A stretch of 63,499 nt of DNA, the filler included, from Platydemus manokwari (lineage: Eukaryota): assembly GCA_037951405.1 (NCBI GenBank). It is 5 parts of 5 records of this genome, joined end to end, with 100 filler letters (N's around TTAATTAATTAA, not from the genome) between each part and the next. Parts side by side here need not be neighbours in the genome. Positions count along the whole stretch, not along the records: positions 10,610 to 20,299 come from JBBMOY011196210.1; positions 20,400 to 29,538 come from JBBMOY011294317.1; 3 more parts are not named here. One strand, 5' to 3'. The position numbers and the translations under genes are program-made. Below are positions 12,900 to 24,700 of this stretch, in pieces. Below the pieces are notes generated by a model. That model worked only from the letters and a program-made list of their open reading frames with translations, searched no databases and was not told where the DNA came from. Positions within the stretch are counted from its first letter, which is position 1. Each line of letters opens with the position of its first letter.

Positions 12900-14300
12900 A
12901 AAACTGCCCAATATTAGTGATCCCATTTTCATCAACTAAGACTTCGGAACATTTTACGACTATTTTCCACTACAAAAGTTGTCATCATGGAAGTCGATTC
13001 TGGTTTATTCACTGAAATTATTGGAACCTTTATATAGCAGATAGGACGCTCCCTTAGTCATATTACATTTATCAGACCACCTTCTCCTATCCCATGAACA
13101 AAGTACTTTGTGTGAAATATTGAACAACAGTCATCAAACTGCTCGAGATTAATTCTCCAGACCTCACACAAATATTATCTATTCCCAGAGATTGCAAACT
13201 CATACAAGCTCATATGACATAACGTACAGAGATTGAAAGACTATAAATCCAGAACATGCTTTTCTGCTGATCAAGTACAGAATAAACGAAACCACTGATT
13301 TATCAGGTGCACTCCTCTGGACATCAGACAAAATTGCATTTGACAAAAAATCAACTTCCACAACCTGGTGGAGCAAGACAAGATTTGCTACCAGAAAACT
13401 CATAAAGCTTCAAATTGGCTGCGAATTCAATCATCGTAATGATCAAATCCAAATAAAAGTCATTGTCTTATAGTACAAGAAATACTTTACAATAAATACA
13501 AGACAGCTCTGATAAAGTCTCAGATATTCTACACGATTCCGGTGTCCATGTCCTTCTTCAGCTAGTGGTCCAAAATGAAAAATTAAGAACAACTGGACCA
13601 CTGTTTTACCGCTTTTCATCTATACCATAAATCATTAAATAACTTCTATCTGTTACCAGAAGATTGGATATTCACCCACCACGCGTGTTATAACCTCTTA
13701 TTGCCTATATATACACCGTTCTATGTCAAGGTAAGCAAATCAACATTCTGCTGACACTGTAACATAGAGCAAGAAAATAATTCTCATATTTTTATCCACT
13801 GTCCGACTGTTCCAGAATTAGCTTCAAAATGTCACGCGATAATCCTGGATCATTTAGGAAATTATTTTGCAGTCACTCGACTTTAACAAGAATATCGATA
13901 CAAAATCATCGGAATCTGCGAGCAAGCTATACGGACGGAATTAGTGATCCGAATCAAAAATAAACATCAAGCTTACATCATTGAACCCAAAATTTCTTTT
14001 TATAAGAGCGAACACTTCCAGTGTCATCGATTCCTCAATCAAGAAAAATACAGAACCATTGCTAAAGAAATCCAGATTCGAAACTCACTTCGATGTCATC
14101 TGTATCGGTGTACTTGGGTCTTGGAACCCTCACGACGATAAGGTCCTCTAAAAAATTGGACTGGGCAAAAAGCAAATCAAGTTTATCTCGGGGTTCCTAA
14201 TGACGGAATTGTTCAGAGATGCCTACGCGACTTACTTAGGCTTATTCGGAAAAAGGAAATAAAAGAATGCCTGTTGAGATCGAGTACTAACTAATTCTCC
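12900..14300 (+). mobile_element. Decayed non-LTR retrotransposon with restriction-like endonuclease (R2/R4/NeSL-type)
   Basis: With stops and frameshifts: CCHC finger FC*HCNIEQENNSHIFIHC (~13746-13802), RLE motifs IRTELVIRIKNKHQAYIIEPK...NQEKYRTIAKEI (~13930-14070) and FDVICIGVLGSWNPHDDKVL*KIG (~14089-14160). The RT core is not recognisable and the 5' boundary is approximate. Confidence 0.75.
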
Positions 14301-16434
14301 AGCACTGATCAGCCAAGACAATAAGTTTACAACAGAGCTATTCGGTAATGTTATAAAGCGAATGAATCAAAATAACGGAAACATCAATCTGAAGAATTCA
14401 ATTTAAAAGTCGACCTGTTATACTTATGTAATCTTAATTTTTTAAGTCTTGACAGTATATTCGATAAGCCGATATAATTTAATACTACTATTGATTCTTT
14501 GTCGATTGTGTGATTGTTAACCCCTTTATTATAAGTTATATTTTATCTTTTAGGTCAGGTCAATTGGCTCGCTTCTCTCGGGTTCCTAACATACCACGAA
14601 ATCTCAGTACCTAGACTAAAACTCAAATCATCGTCCATTACTCCCATTTCAGTAAATGCGCTAAATAAATTAAGAAGTTCAATCCAAAAGTACATTTGAT
14701 CACAATTTTAAACAAATTGTAAAGTTTTTAACATATCGATCAAAACTTTTAAATCCTCGCAATCCAGCATGGCGTCAAAAATGCTCACTAAAGAGTTCAA
14801 TTGTCTTGTTTTGTTAACTTTGTAATTTAGACTTTATTCTCGGGTTGACTTTTATGTTGCTATTAACGTTATTGATTATGCATTCTATAACAACCAATAA
14901 AAAATATTTGTTTAAATTAACATTATGATTAGCGCGACTTTTGAAAATGTAACTGATAATCATATTGAATTCAATAACACGAAACCGGGAAATAAATCTA
15001 TTTAAAGCTTTACCAAAAAAGGCAAAAGAAATTTTAAATTCCAATATTCAGAAAGTACTAAGTTCAGAATTTGACAAAATAAAATCAGCAGATCACGTAT
15101 ATTCAGGACTCGTTGGTTTTAAATAATTTAAGACTTATTAGTCTCTTTGATCTATTGTTGTCCGAGAGATCAGAAATTATGTGAAAGGGCTAACGGAAAA
15201 GAATGTAAAATATGGTTCATGGACACTTTTATTATCAAAGGATCATTATCCGAAATAATAATGAAACCACCAAATATGAATCAATCGAAAAAATAACGCT
15301 TTGCAAGTGTCGAGATTCATGTGCATAGGCTTGTTGAATTGTTGTTGGAATCTGGAGTTGAAAAACAATCGAGAATCAGTGACATTGTTTCCAAAATCAG
15401 TTCAAAATATCGGATTAAACGATTCAATTACTATGAAACCAATTATAGAAAGAAATGAAAATATATCTCTGCGGAAAATCTATGAAGACCGAGAACAATC
15501 TTAAAAGTTGTTTCTAAAATGCCCAAATTAAACCTCCGAAAGAATAGAAAGTATGAAGGAGATTTCACTAACAAACCAAATGTAGAAGATAGAGATGGAT
15601 AATCAGAAATTTACGGGAAGCTAGACAAATGAATTATTGGTTAAGGCACTACAATCTGATACTAGTTGTAGAAGAGAAAGTTACAATATAATGACGCGAA
15701 AAACATTACTAGGAAGCTATATTATTAGAAATGTAAGCTAGCACAACATACTGATGAAATATTACAAATCTAATGATGTAGTAGTGGAAATGCTTTAAGA
15801 GTTTGTCACTTCAATAACAGTTATGATTACCGGCGGAAAGTATCGCGTTTAAAAGATGAGTCCACGTTAAGCGAAATTTTTTAAGCTGCACAATCAGATG
15901 TTGGTGAAATGGAAGAATAAGAAGAGAAAAATCAAAATAATCCCCTCTCATTTCATAGGTGGAACTAACATAGTGAAGCTCTTCGAAATTGATTATAATA
16001 TGAAGAACCCTGATGCTTCATATCAATATTAATAACAATATCTATACTAATAATAAAATAACAATCGATATAAGTTTGCCACTGATATAAACTTTAGAAT
16101 TGTGCGTGGTCGACCGCATTAAAGCGTGGTTAAAAATTATTTCAATAAAACCTCGGATATTAATGTGGGTTTTAACACATGATCTTCATTTAAAAGTTCT
16201 CATTAGTTTTAAAAATATATTTGATAAATTTATGGCATAACAAAACCGAAATCGATCTAGATGAGCTGCAAACACACACAGAACATCACCAACCCAAAAA
16301 CCATCATGACTGTAGAGTTGCGAATATTTTATGAAAATGAAATATTTGTTTTATTAAACTCAAAAATAAATATTGAATTATAATACATATCTTATCTTTT
16401 TTAAATTTAAGTAACAATTTTAAATCAATATCTC

Positions 16435-17300
16435 TCATTCAAGAGGAATCAATAATAAATATATGCTAACGAACATAAATCCCAATATTAGTGCAATCAA
16501 TTTCGGTCCACGATCATCTTGGGTTCCATGACCCAATTCGTGGGGAAGTATTTCAATGAACACAACATACAGAAACGTTCCACAGGCAATACCTTCTAAA
16601 ATACCAGCAACCATGTAGAGCCCATTATGACCACTTTCTTGAGACATGATTATTATTCCCAACACTATTCCAATGGGGCTGGCGATAGAAAAGATTAAAC
16701 TAACGACTACTTTGATCCATATTTTCAATTGGGCTGTGCCCAAATTCAGTCCCAAACTTGCGGCAATAACCAACTTGTGCATGGAAAGAGCAATAAAGAG
16801 CTGTGTTATCCCAGCTACAGTAGTGCCCAAACCAATGGCCAGACCTTCGAATATAGCATGAATAGACACCGCAGATATTAACGTAAATATTCGTGATGGT
16901 TTATGGTGAAAAAGATCTCCATGTTCATCATAACTGTAATCTTGATCTGAAGGCAGATGATGGTGGGAATGTTCTTCGTGTAATATTTCGGAATCCATAC
17001 TACGACTCATTATTGTTCTCTTGTTAGGTTGATCATCCCATAAAACCGTATCGTTGCTACCAGAAACGCTCGGTAGAAATGGTTCTTGTGAACCTTCATT
17101 GATTACTCCTGAAACCTTTCTCCTTATTATGACGTTGCTCGTTAGACTTTTATAGATCAGAATCAATTGCTCGATTGATAAAATGAGAAAAAAGCCAATC
17201 AACGTAAAAAAGGACGCTAATGGAAAGATGATTTTGATGTTCAACTTTGTTCCAGCCTCATCAATTGATCGGATCACGTCAGGGAAAATGTCCATAAATC
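16435..17300 (-). CDS. ZIP (SLC39) family zinc transporter, ZIP1/ZIP3-like, terminal exon
   Basis: Acceptor AG at 17302-17301, then an open frame to the stop at 16435. His-rich loop HEEHSHHH, ZIP signature AVSIHAIFEGLAIG, HKLVIAASLG, SPIGIVLG and GIACGTFLYVVFIEILPHE. The N-terminal TM exon(s) were not located. Confidence 0.93.
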
Positions 17301-19095
17301 CTTAAATGATACTTATAAAGATTTTATGGATAAAGGCATTAAATTCTTTTGGATTAATCGTGCTGAAATGAATCTGGAATTGTTACATTTTGTCATAATC
17401 CATAACGATAGTAACGTAATTAAATCATAAGGGATTCGAACCCCCTATATGACATTAAATTCGTTATTTTCTTTGCTTTAATCCTTAAATAAGCTATAGA
17501 CAAATTCAAGAAATATTTAAACTATTTAAAAGAAAAAAATACGAAAATAAGAAAATTAAAAAATAAGGATTAAAAAAATTAAAAATTAAAAAAATTAAAA
17601 AATAAGAATTAAAATTTTTTAAAAAAACTAGGAAATTAATGAAATTTAAATAATTAAATAAAGCTCAATTTTTATTATTTTGAAAACATTTTTTAAAACA
17701 AGAGAAGATTTGATAGGAATTATTATTTATTAAGACCCTAAAATTTGATAGTTAAGTAAAATCAACATTTTTGTCAAATAGAAAGTTTATTACAACACAG
17801 ATTGGTAATTCTCTCTACTTGGCTTAATTTCAACAAACTTGTTAGTTTGATTAAAACCAACATTGAGTAATTTTTCAAATTGCTGATACAAATAGCGATA
17901 AGCGAAACACGGATTCCATTCCATTAATTCTGTATTATTCGATTAAGTAAAAACTTTCCTAATTGCGTTTTCAACGCCATATTTGTTGGAACAGTGAATT
18001 AATCTTATTACAAGTCTGATAAGTTAAACAATTATAAATTGCATGGTGTTATAGAGGTATTTGAAATCAATCCACAAGAAGCTTTGATAATTACAGCACT
18101 AACGAATCAGTGAAGACCAATCAAAAATAAGCGGGTTAATATAGGAATTGGAAGAGTTTTTGAACTTTCTCTTTGATAAGATTGGTTATTTAAAATATAT
18201 GAAGATCAGGAATATCAATATTGCTAACTTGCGTAAGATTTGCCACATTTTCTTATAAGAAAAGTGAATGATGTTCTGATTCTCTTAACTAAATTAAAAA
18301 TGACAATAGTAACAAAAGCAGCATCTTTCAATTTATTTGTTCTGAATCTAGGTTGTCGAGAATTTGATATATTTTGAAAGGAGTTCATTAAACGATATTA
18401 CGTGAATACTTTTTAAATTCTCCAAATGATTTATACGTAATTAAGATGATATCGTTTGTGAAATTTAAAACTAGAAATAGGAACATGGGTCATTATAGGA
18501 ACAATTAAATTTGTTAACTTTTAAAAATGTATACCATTAAGATTACGATAAATATCAAGCAATTGTCAAAGAATTTTTGTTTTTTTAAAAATTAGATAAT
18601 CCCAATTAGAACAATTTATTGATATTATACCAATAATTAAACTGGCATCGTGAATGAACAGATTATTTCTTGATTGCCAGCGAATTCAATTTTACGCCAC
18701 CCTACCCTCACAAACACACACAGAATGCTGATGAGAAGTTCTAATTTAGAATCAATAAATGTTTAATTATTTTTGTACTAATGATAGTTTATAAATTCCT
18801 GTAATTTTTGTCCCTTAATTATTTTCGCTACAAACATAATGAATTAATAAATATAGATAATACGTTTTTTTTACTTAGGCAACTCAATGCTTTTTTTTTA
18901 ATTTAGATAAGAAGATTAATGAAAAATATGGATTTCGAATTTCTCTATTTTATAAAATTCCCTATATTTATCAAGCTTTTTTTGTATTGGATAAAAATAC
19001 CAAAATAAAATATGACACCATAGTGCGAAAATCTTTGAACTGAAATCATTTAATATTGTCTTCAACTGTTATGAATATAAATCTTTCTCATTTAG

Positions 19096-20179
19096 AGAAG
19101 CAAAAAATAATGATTTCCTGATTAAAGATGATGATGGGACTGTGTTTGTTGGTGATTGTTGGCCTAAAGAAAGTTCTTGGGTTGATTTTATTAATGACGA
19201 TGCATGTTTGTGGTGGTCTGAAAAGATTGCGAACTATCTCACAAATCTCAAATGCACATCCAATCACAATAATTTATGGATCTGGAATGATATGAATGAA
19301 CCTAGCGTCTTTCAATGTCCCAATAATCAATTGAAACCGGTGAGAAATTGTTGAAGTTTTCGAATGATATGCCCCACTAGACTGCAAAACATGCACGGAA
19401 TATTAATCATCGTGATATTCACAACATTTATGGACAGAAGATGGCCAAATCTACTTGGGAAGGTATATTGAGGGCAACTGATATGCATTTGCGTCCATTC
19501 TTGCTTTCTCGATCTTTTTATACTGGATCCCAACAATATGGGGCAATTTGGACAGGAGACACGGCTGCCAGTTGGGAATATCTCCAAGTAATTTATCTTT
19601 TATCTTTCATTTACTTTTCTGCATATAAAATTTGTAATTATCGATTGAAAAATTTAAAAGAAATTAATGATATATATCACTGATTCCTATTGGTCTATTT
19701 TTATCACCAATCAAATTTCCTGAATATTTTTAGATATTAAAAATCCTAAATCTTTACATAATTAATATTTTTTAATTTTAATTGGTTTTAGAATTCTTAA
19801 ATGATAGATTTAGACTTGAATAACAAGGTATTCATTGATCAATAAGAAACTTTTCAATAAACTTAAATAAGTTTTGCAATATCACAATTCACGTCTTCGT
19901 TAAATAGAAATTTTTAAATGAGAATGCGATTTATTTTTTGTAACTCTATAATTTGATTGTTTTCCAGATATCAGTACCCATGATGATTTCATTGTCGATA
20001 TGTGGAATTGATTTTTGTGGATCAGATGTTGGAGGATTCTTTGGTAATCCGGATTTTGAATTGTTGACCCGTTGGTACCAGTTAGGTACTCTACAGCCAT
20101 TTTTCAGAGCTCATTCTCACAATGAATCAAAAAGGAGAGAACCTTATCTGATAGAAGAACCGTATGGATCCATTATAAA
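19096..20179 (+). CDS. Glycoside hydrolase family 31 neutral alpha-glucosidase (GANAB/GANC-like), three internal exons
   Basis: In-frame exons 19096-19339, 19381-19587, 19968-20179. Motifs VGDCWP, nucleophile WIWNDMNEPSVF, HRDIHNIYG, RPFLLSRSFYTGSQQYGAIWTGD (acid/base Asp), GSDVGGFFGNP, RWYQLGTLQPFFRAHS, RREPY. Confidence 0.93.
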
Positions 20180-20299
20180 GTGAGAAATATTAAACTTTTA
20201 AAAACCATATATCAAAATCTTATTTATGCATGGAATCCAGAAATATCAGAACCAAATGTTGGTAGGAATATAAATTAATAAACTTTGAATACATGATAC

Positions 20300-20399
20300 N
20301 NNNNNNNNNNNNNNNNNNNNNNNNNNNNNNNNNNNNNNNNNNNTTAATTAATTAANNNNNNNNNNNNNNNNNNNNNNNNNNNNNNNNNNNNNNNNNNNN
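20300..20399. other. Artificial contig spacer
   Basis: N-run + TTAATTAATTAA + N-run, 100 bp. Confidence 0.97.
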
Positions 20400-21144
20400 C
20401 TGACATGTATCTTTATTTTTTGATTATCTTATTCCAATTTAATCTATTTTTTAACGAAAAGATTCTTCATGATAATTGAATTAATTCCCCATATTTTATT
20501 ATCAATTTTTATTTATAATTTATCTTTTTGTAAGCATTATTTTCCATATCGCCTATCTTTGACTGTCCATAGAGATTTCTTGTCGCATTTTGAATTATCA
20601 TATGAAAATTTGATTTTCTTAGCTTATTCTTAAATTTAATTGTTAATTATAACCAAAACCGTATAATAAATTAATATCGCTTTTATTTTGATTTCATTTT
20701 GTTTTCAATAATTAAAGCGTCCGTTTTATATATATTTGATTCGATTCATGCTGAATTGCAATATTTTGAAATGAAATTTTTGTTCGATTTTAAATAAGCT
20801 CTTTATATATATAATTTGTTCAAAGATATGATCATATATTTGAATTTATAATAATAATAATTATTATAATAATAATAAACTTTTAGCCACTGTTATGATT
20901 GAAAATTAATTTAATTTAGTAACACTCGCAAAGTAGTGTATTTTATTTTTAATTTAAAAGCAAATAATGACGTTGCAAGAAAACTTGTCAAGGATTACAA
21001 AGATTTAACAGTTAAAGAATTATTATTGAAATAACAGTGTTACATAGGCTATACTTATAATGAGAAGAATTAAAAATATATTAAAGTCAAGAAATAAGAA
21101 AACTACGTTTAAAAATCCTTGAAATGAAGCTCGCAAGTGTATAC

Positions 21145-21268
21145 ACAGTCTAGCAACGCATAATGCCCAGCACACTGTCAACTAATCACACACACACACA
21201 TATATGTATATATACATGTGTGTGTGATTAGTTGGCAATGTGCTGGGTATTATGTCCTGCTAGACTGT
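21145..21268. repeat. Long inverted repeat (foldback/MITE-like hairpin) in the presumed ARNT intron
   Basis: Left arm acagtctagcaacgcataatgcccagcacactgtcaactaatcacacacaca is nearly the reverse complement of right arm tgtgtgtgtgattagttggcaatgtgctgggtattatgtcctgctagactgt. Short AT-rich loop; (TA)n on the right flank. Confidence 0.85.
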
Positions 21269-21761
21269 ATATATATATATATATTAGAAATTATTTTGTT
21301 CCTTTTGCAAATATAATCATTAACTGCACTACATTCATCTAGCTTCTCATATTTCCATAAGAAAATTTTTATTTGGTAAAGACTTGATGACATTTTAAAA
21401 TTATTTTTCATGGTTCACTAATAATTCCTCTGCATTTTCAATTTTTATGATACGGGAAACCTCTTCAATTGGAATGGGATGTTGGGAAGTCAATAAATTG
21501 ATAATTATCTAACCATTCGATTTGTTTGAGTTAATTTAACATCGGTTTTTGTAACTTTCATTTTTTAATGTTTCAAAAATATTTCAGAAATATTATAAAT
21601 TCCATGATTGTAACCGTTTATTTCGATATTCAGCATCAATGATTATTAAATAAATTAAATTTTGATGGATTTAACAGGAACCTTTATTAATTATCAGTTT
21701 TATCAATTATTTATTTGACAATATATAAAATAAATTTAATTGTAAATACTTCTTCTAACAG

Positions 21762-24700
21762 TCAGATTGGTATCAGCATTCTCTTTATGATCTTTGTCAT
21801 CCTGATGACATTGAAAAGATTCGAGAACAATTATGTCCAAACTCAGTGTCACCCATTAACGGTATGGTTTCTAATAATCAAATGGAAAATTCAGGGTCTA
21901 CAGCACGAATTCTTGATTTGAAAACGGGAACTGTCAAAAAAGAAGGTCATCAATGTAAGTATATATATATATATTTCTTTATCATTCATTTCTTTTAACT
22001 CAATATTTTTATGTACTTTTCTGTTGACTAGATTTTATCAATATTATATTTATTGAAAAATATATTTCGCTTGTCTCTCGATTTTCGCTTTTAAATCACA
22101 TAGTTGAGAATATAATGAAAATTAAATCAACATTTTATTAGTGGTTTCTTTCCTTACAGAGCAAACTCAATCAAGATTTACTGATATCCAGCTATTTATA
22201 ATACCAACTAATCACAATTATTTATCCCTAGGCATTGGTCTGTATACCGTGCAGCGCATCATTTATCCTTCTTGTCAATCAATTTGTCTACATTGAACAA
22301 GAATGATATCTATTTTGCATTTATCAACAAATTCTAACCAACTCTCTGGACATGGACAATATTTCTGATGTGGCTTCTTGTTTCTATCAAATGAAAAAAA
22401 AACAGTCATCAAATATGGAAACTGAGTACTGTTCTCCAACTCATAATTTTGTATCGTTTTGTCGTGCAGTCTCTTTTCTCCCCGCTTGTCGTCTGTGACT
22501 TAATTACGTTTTCATGCACTGGCTCTCTTGACTTCTTGCATACTCACATCCGCTTTAGTTATACTACTGTAAAGTCTCAGCCATATGCCAAGCATGCATA
22601 CTAACAATACAAGTAGAAAAATATTGTAGCCTGTAGTGTTAAGAATTGTCACTATGTGATTATATGTGTTATAAGATTAGTTGAGATTCTCACTTCACTC
22701 ACAATAATATGATTGTAGTAAAACAATAATTCTAATTATTGGTTTTATTTTCAACTTGAAAATCAATCTTCGCTTGGAAAGGTTGATTTGTTTGATTTGC
22801 TGATTTGAATATTTGTGATGCAGAAAATATAGTAATTGCTGCTTTTGTTGTTTCTCTTTTTTTGTAGCTCCATCGCTGTGCTTTGTTTGGCGTTCGTGGG
22901 GTTTTTTGGCTCCTGATTAGTGTGCGTGTTGTCGAGATATTTTTCATTGACCGTGTTTCTGTTGGTTTATTAACTCTATTAATTAACAGACATTGTTGAT
23001 TAGATGTTCGTGTGTATTTATAATAACTGTGTTTTTAAGTTTTGATAAAAGTATACAATATCATTATTTTAGTCGTCAAGAAATGATATTTATTATATAT
23101 GAAAAATATTAATTTGAAATTGAAATCAAATAATTTTCAGCACAAATGCGTGCTTGTGTTGGATCAAGACGAGGATTCATTTGTCGGATGAGACTTGGTC
23201 ATGTGACTGCTGATCCGATGACAACGAGTCGCACAGTTCGAATACGTCAGCGTAATACGATCAATCACACGACAAACGGTTTGCAGTATGCACTTGTACA
23301 TGTCACAGGTTATGTCAAAACGTGGATATCTCAGTCTCAAACCATGAATCAGTGTAATTATTCTACTTTTATTTTATTAGACACTGATGGGCATTGAACG
23401 TTTTTTTTATTAAATACCATTATGATAATAATTTATTCATTGGCCAGTACCTTAATTTTGATTGATGTCAAATTTTAAGTTAGAGAAATTGAAAAAGCTA
23501 CAATTTATCATTGTTTAAAGGTAGCTTGATATGATAGAGATGATTTGTAGTAATTAAACTAGTAATAATATTTCCTTATCCATTGACTACCGAGTGGTAA
23601 CAACGGAAATGGATAAAAGTTTTCTAGTATTGTCTTCTCTAATAGTCAATGCTAAGGATTCAATTTTATCTTTATATTTTTGAGCTATTAACAAGTTAAA
23701 CAAATAGGATATATATATATATATATGATGAATATTATATAAGCATTTCGGCATATAAATTTTATATATTATTTTCTCCATATCCTAATAACCTTCAAAT
23801 ATTTGATGTTTGTAAACATCGATTTTTATCAAAATTAGAAAACCTCATAAAATTTTTACAAAACTAATCAACCTGGTTATTAAATCCATAAACATGATTT
23901 ACACGTCTGCTTCTTGTAAGGACATAAAAGATTACAGTAATGAATATATTTTATATGATTTCTATATTGAATGTAATTCATGAGACGTTATTAGTGTAGC
24001 AAAATGTCACGGTTTTTGGTTTGGGTTTGATGAATTTTATTAATATCTAATAACATTAGAGCTACTAACCATATCGAAATGGTGGATTACACAGTTTCTT
24101 ATTTAATATTTCTTGTTATGATATAACCATTGTTTTAATTTTTATTGATTTATTATGTTACTAATTAATTATAAATTAACTTTTATTAAAGTAACAACAG
24201 TAGTTATTTATCAAAAAACTTAAAGTAAACGTTTAAAAGATTTTCAAGTATTTTGTTTTGATGGGTTTTGTGTTTATTTAAAAATGAGAATAGGAAGAGA
24301 TGATTTGTAGTAAAATGATAAATCATTTTAAAGATAAACATAATAAGCTTTGTTTACCAACATCAGATTATAATTATTTCATAAGCCAGATTGGGTATTA
24401 CTAATATATTTGTCTCATTTTTAAATAAACAAAGATATATAATAATTAAATATTTGATTTTGAGATTATCATGGTCTCTGTCGATATGATGCCCGGAATC
24501 ATCGTACAATTCTATTCGGAATGATATATTACTTGTGTATTGTTATGTATTACTATTTTTTATCATTATAATTCATGAACAATATAAGCAAATTTTGTCA
24601 ATTACAAATGAAATTAATTCAATAAATAATAAAATGAGTAAAAGTTATTTATATTTCTTATTTATATTTGTGGAATTTTGAGGGAAAAGGCCTATTTTCA

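Noticed and set aside
16646-16861. Plus-strand ORF overlapping the ZIP gene
   Set aside because: Antisense shadow of the ZIP coding strand.
17540-17630. A-rich imperfect repeats (aaaattaaaaaataag)
   Set aside because: Low-complexity slippage, expected in AT-rich non-coding DNA.
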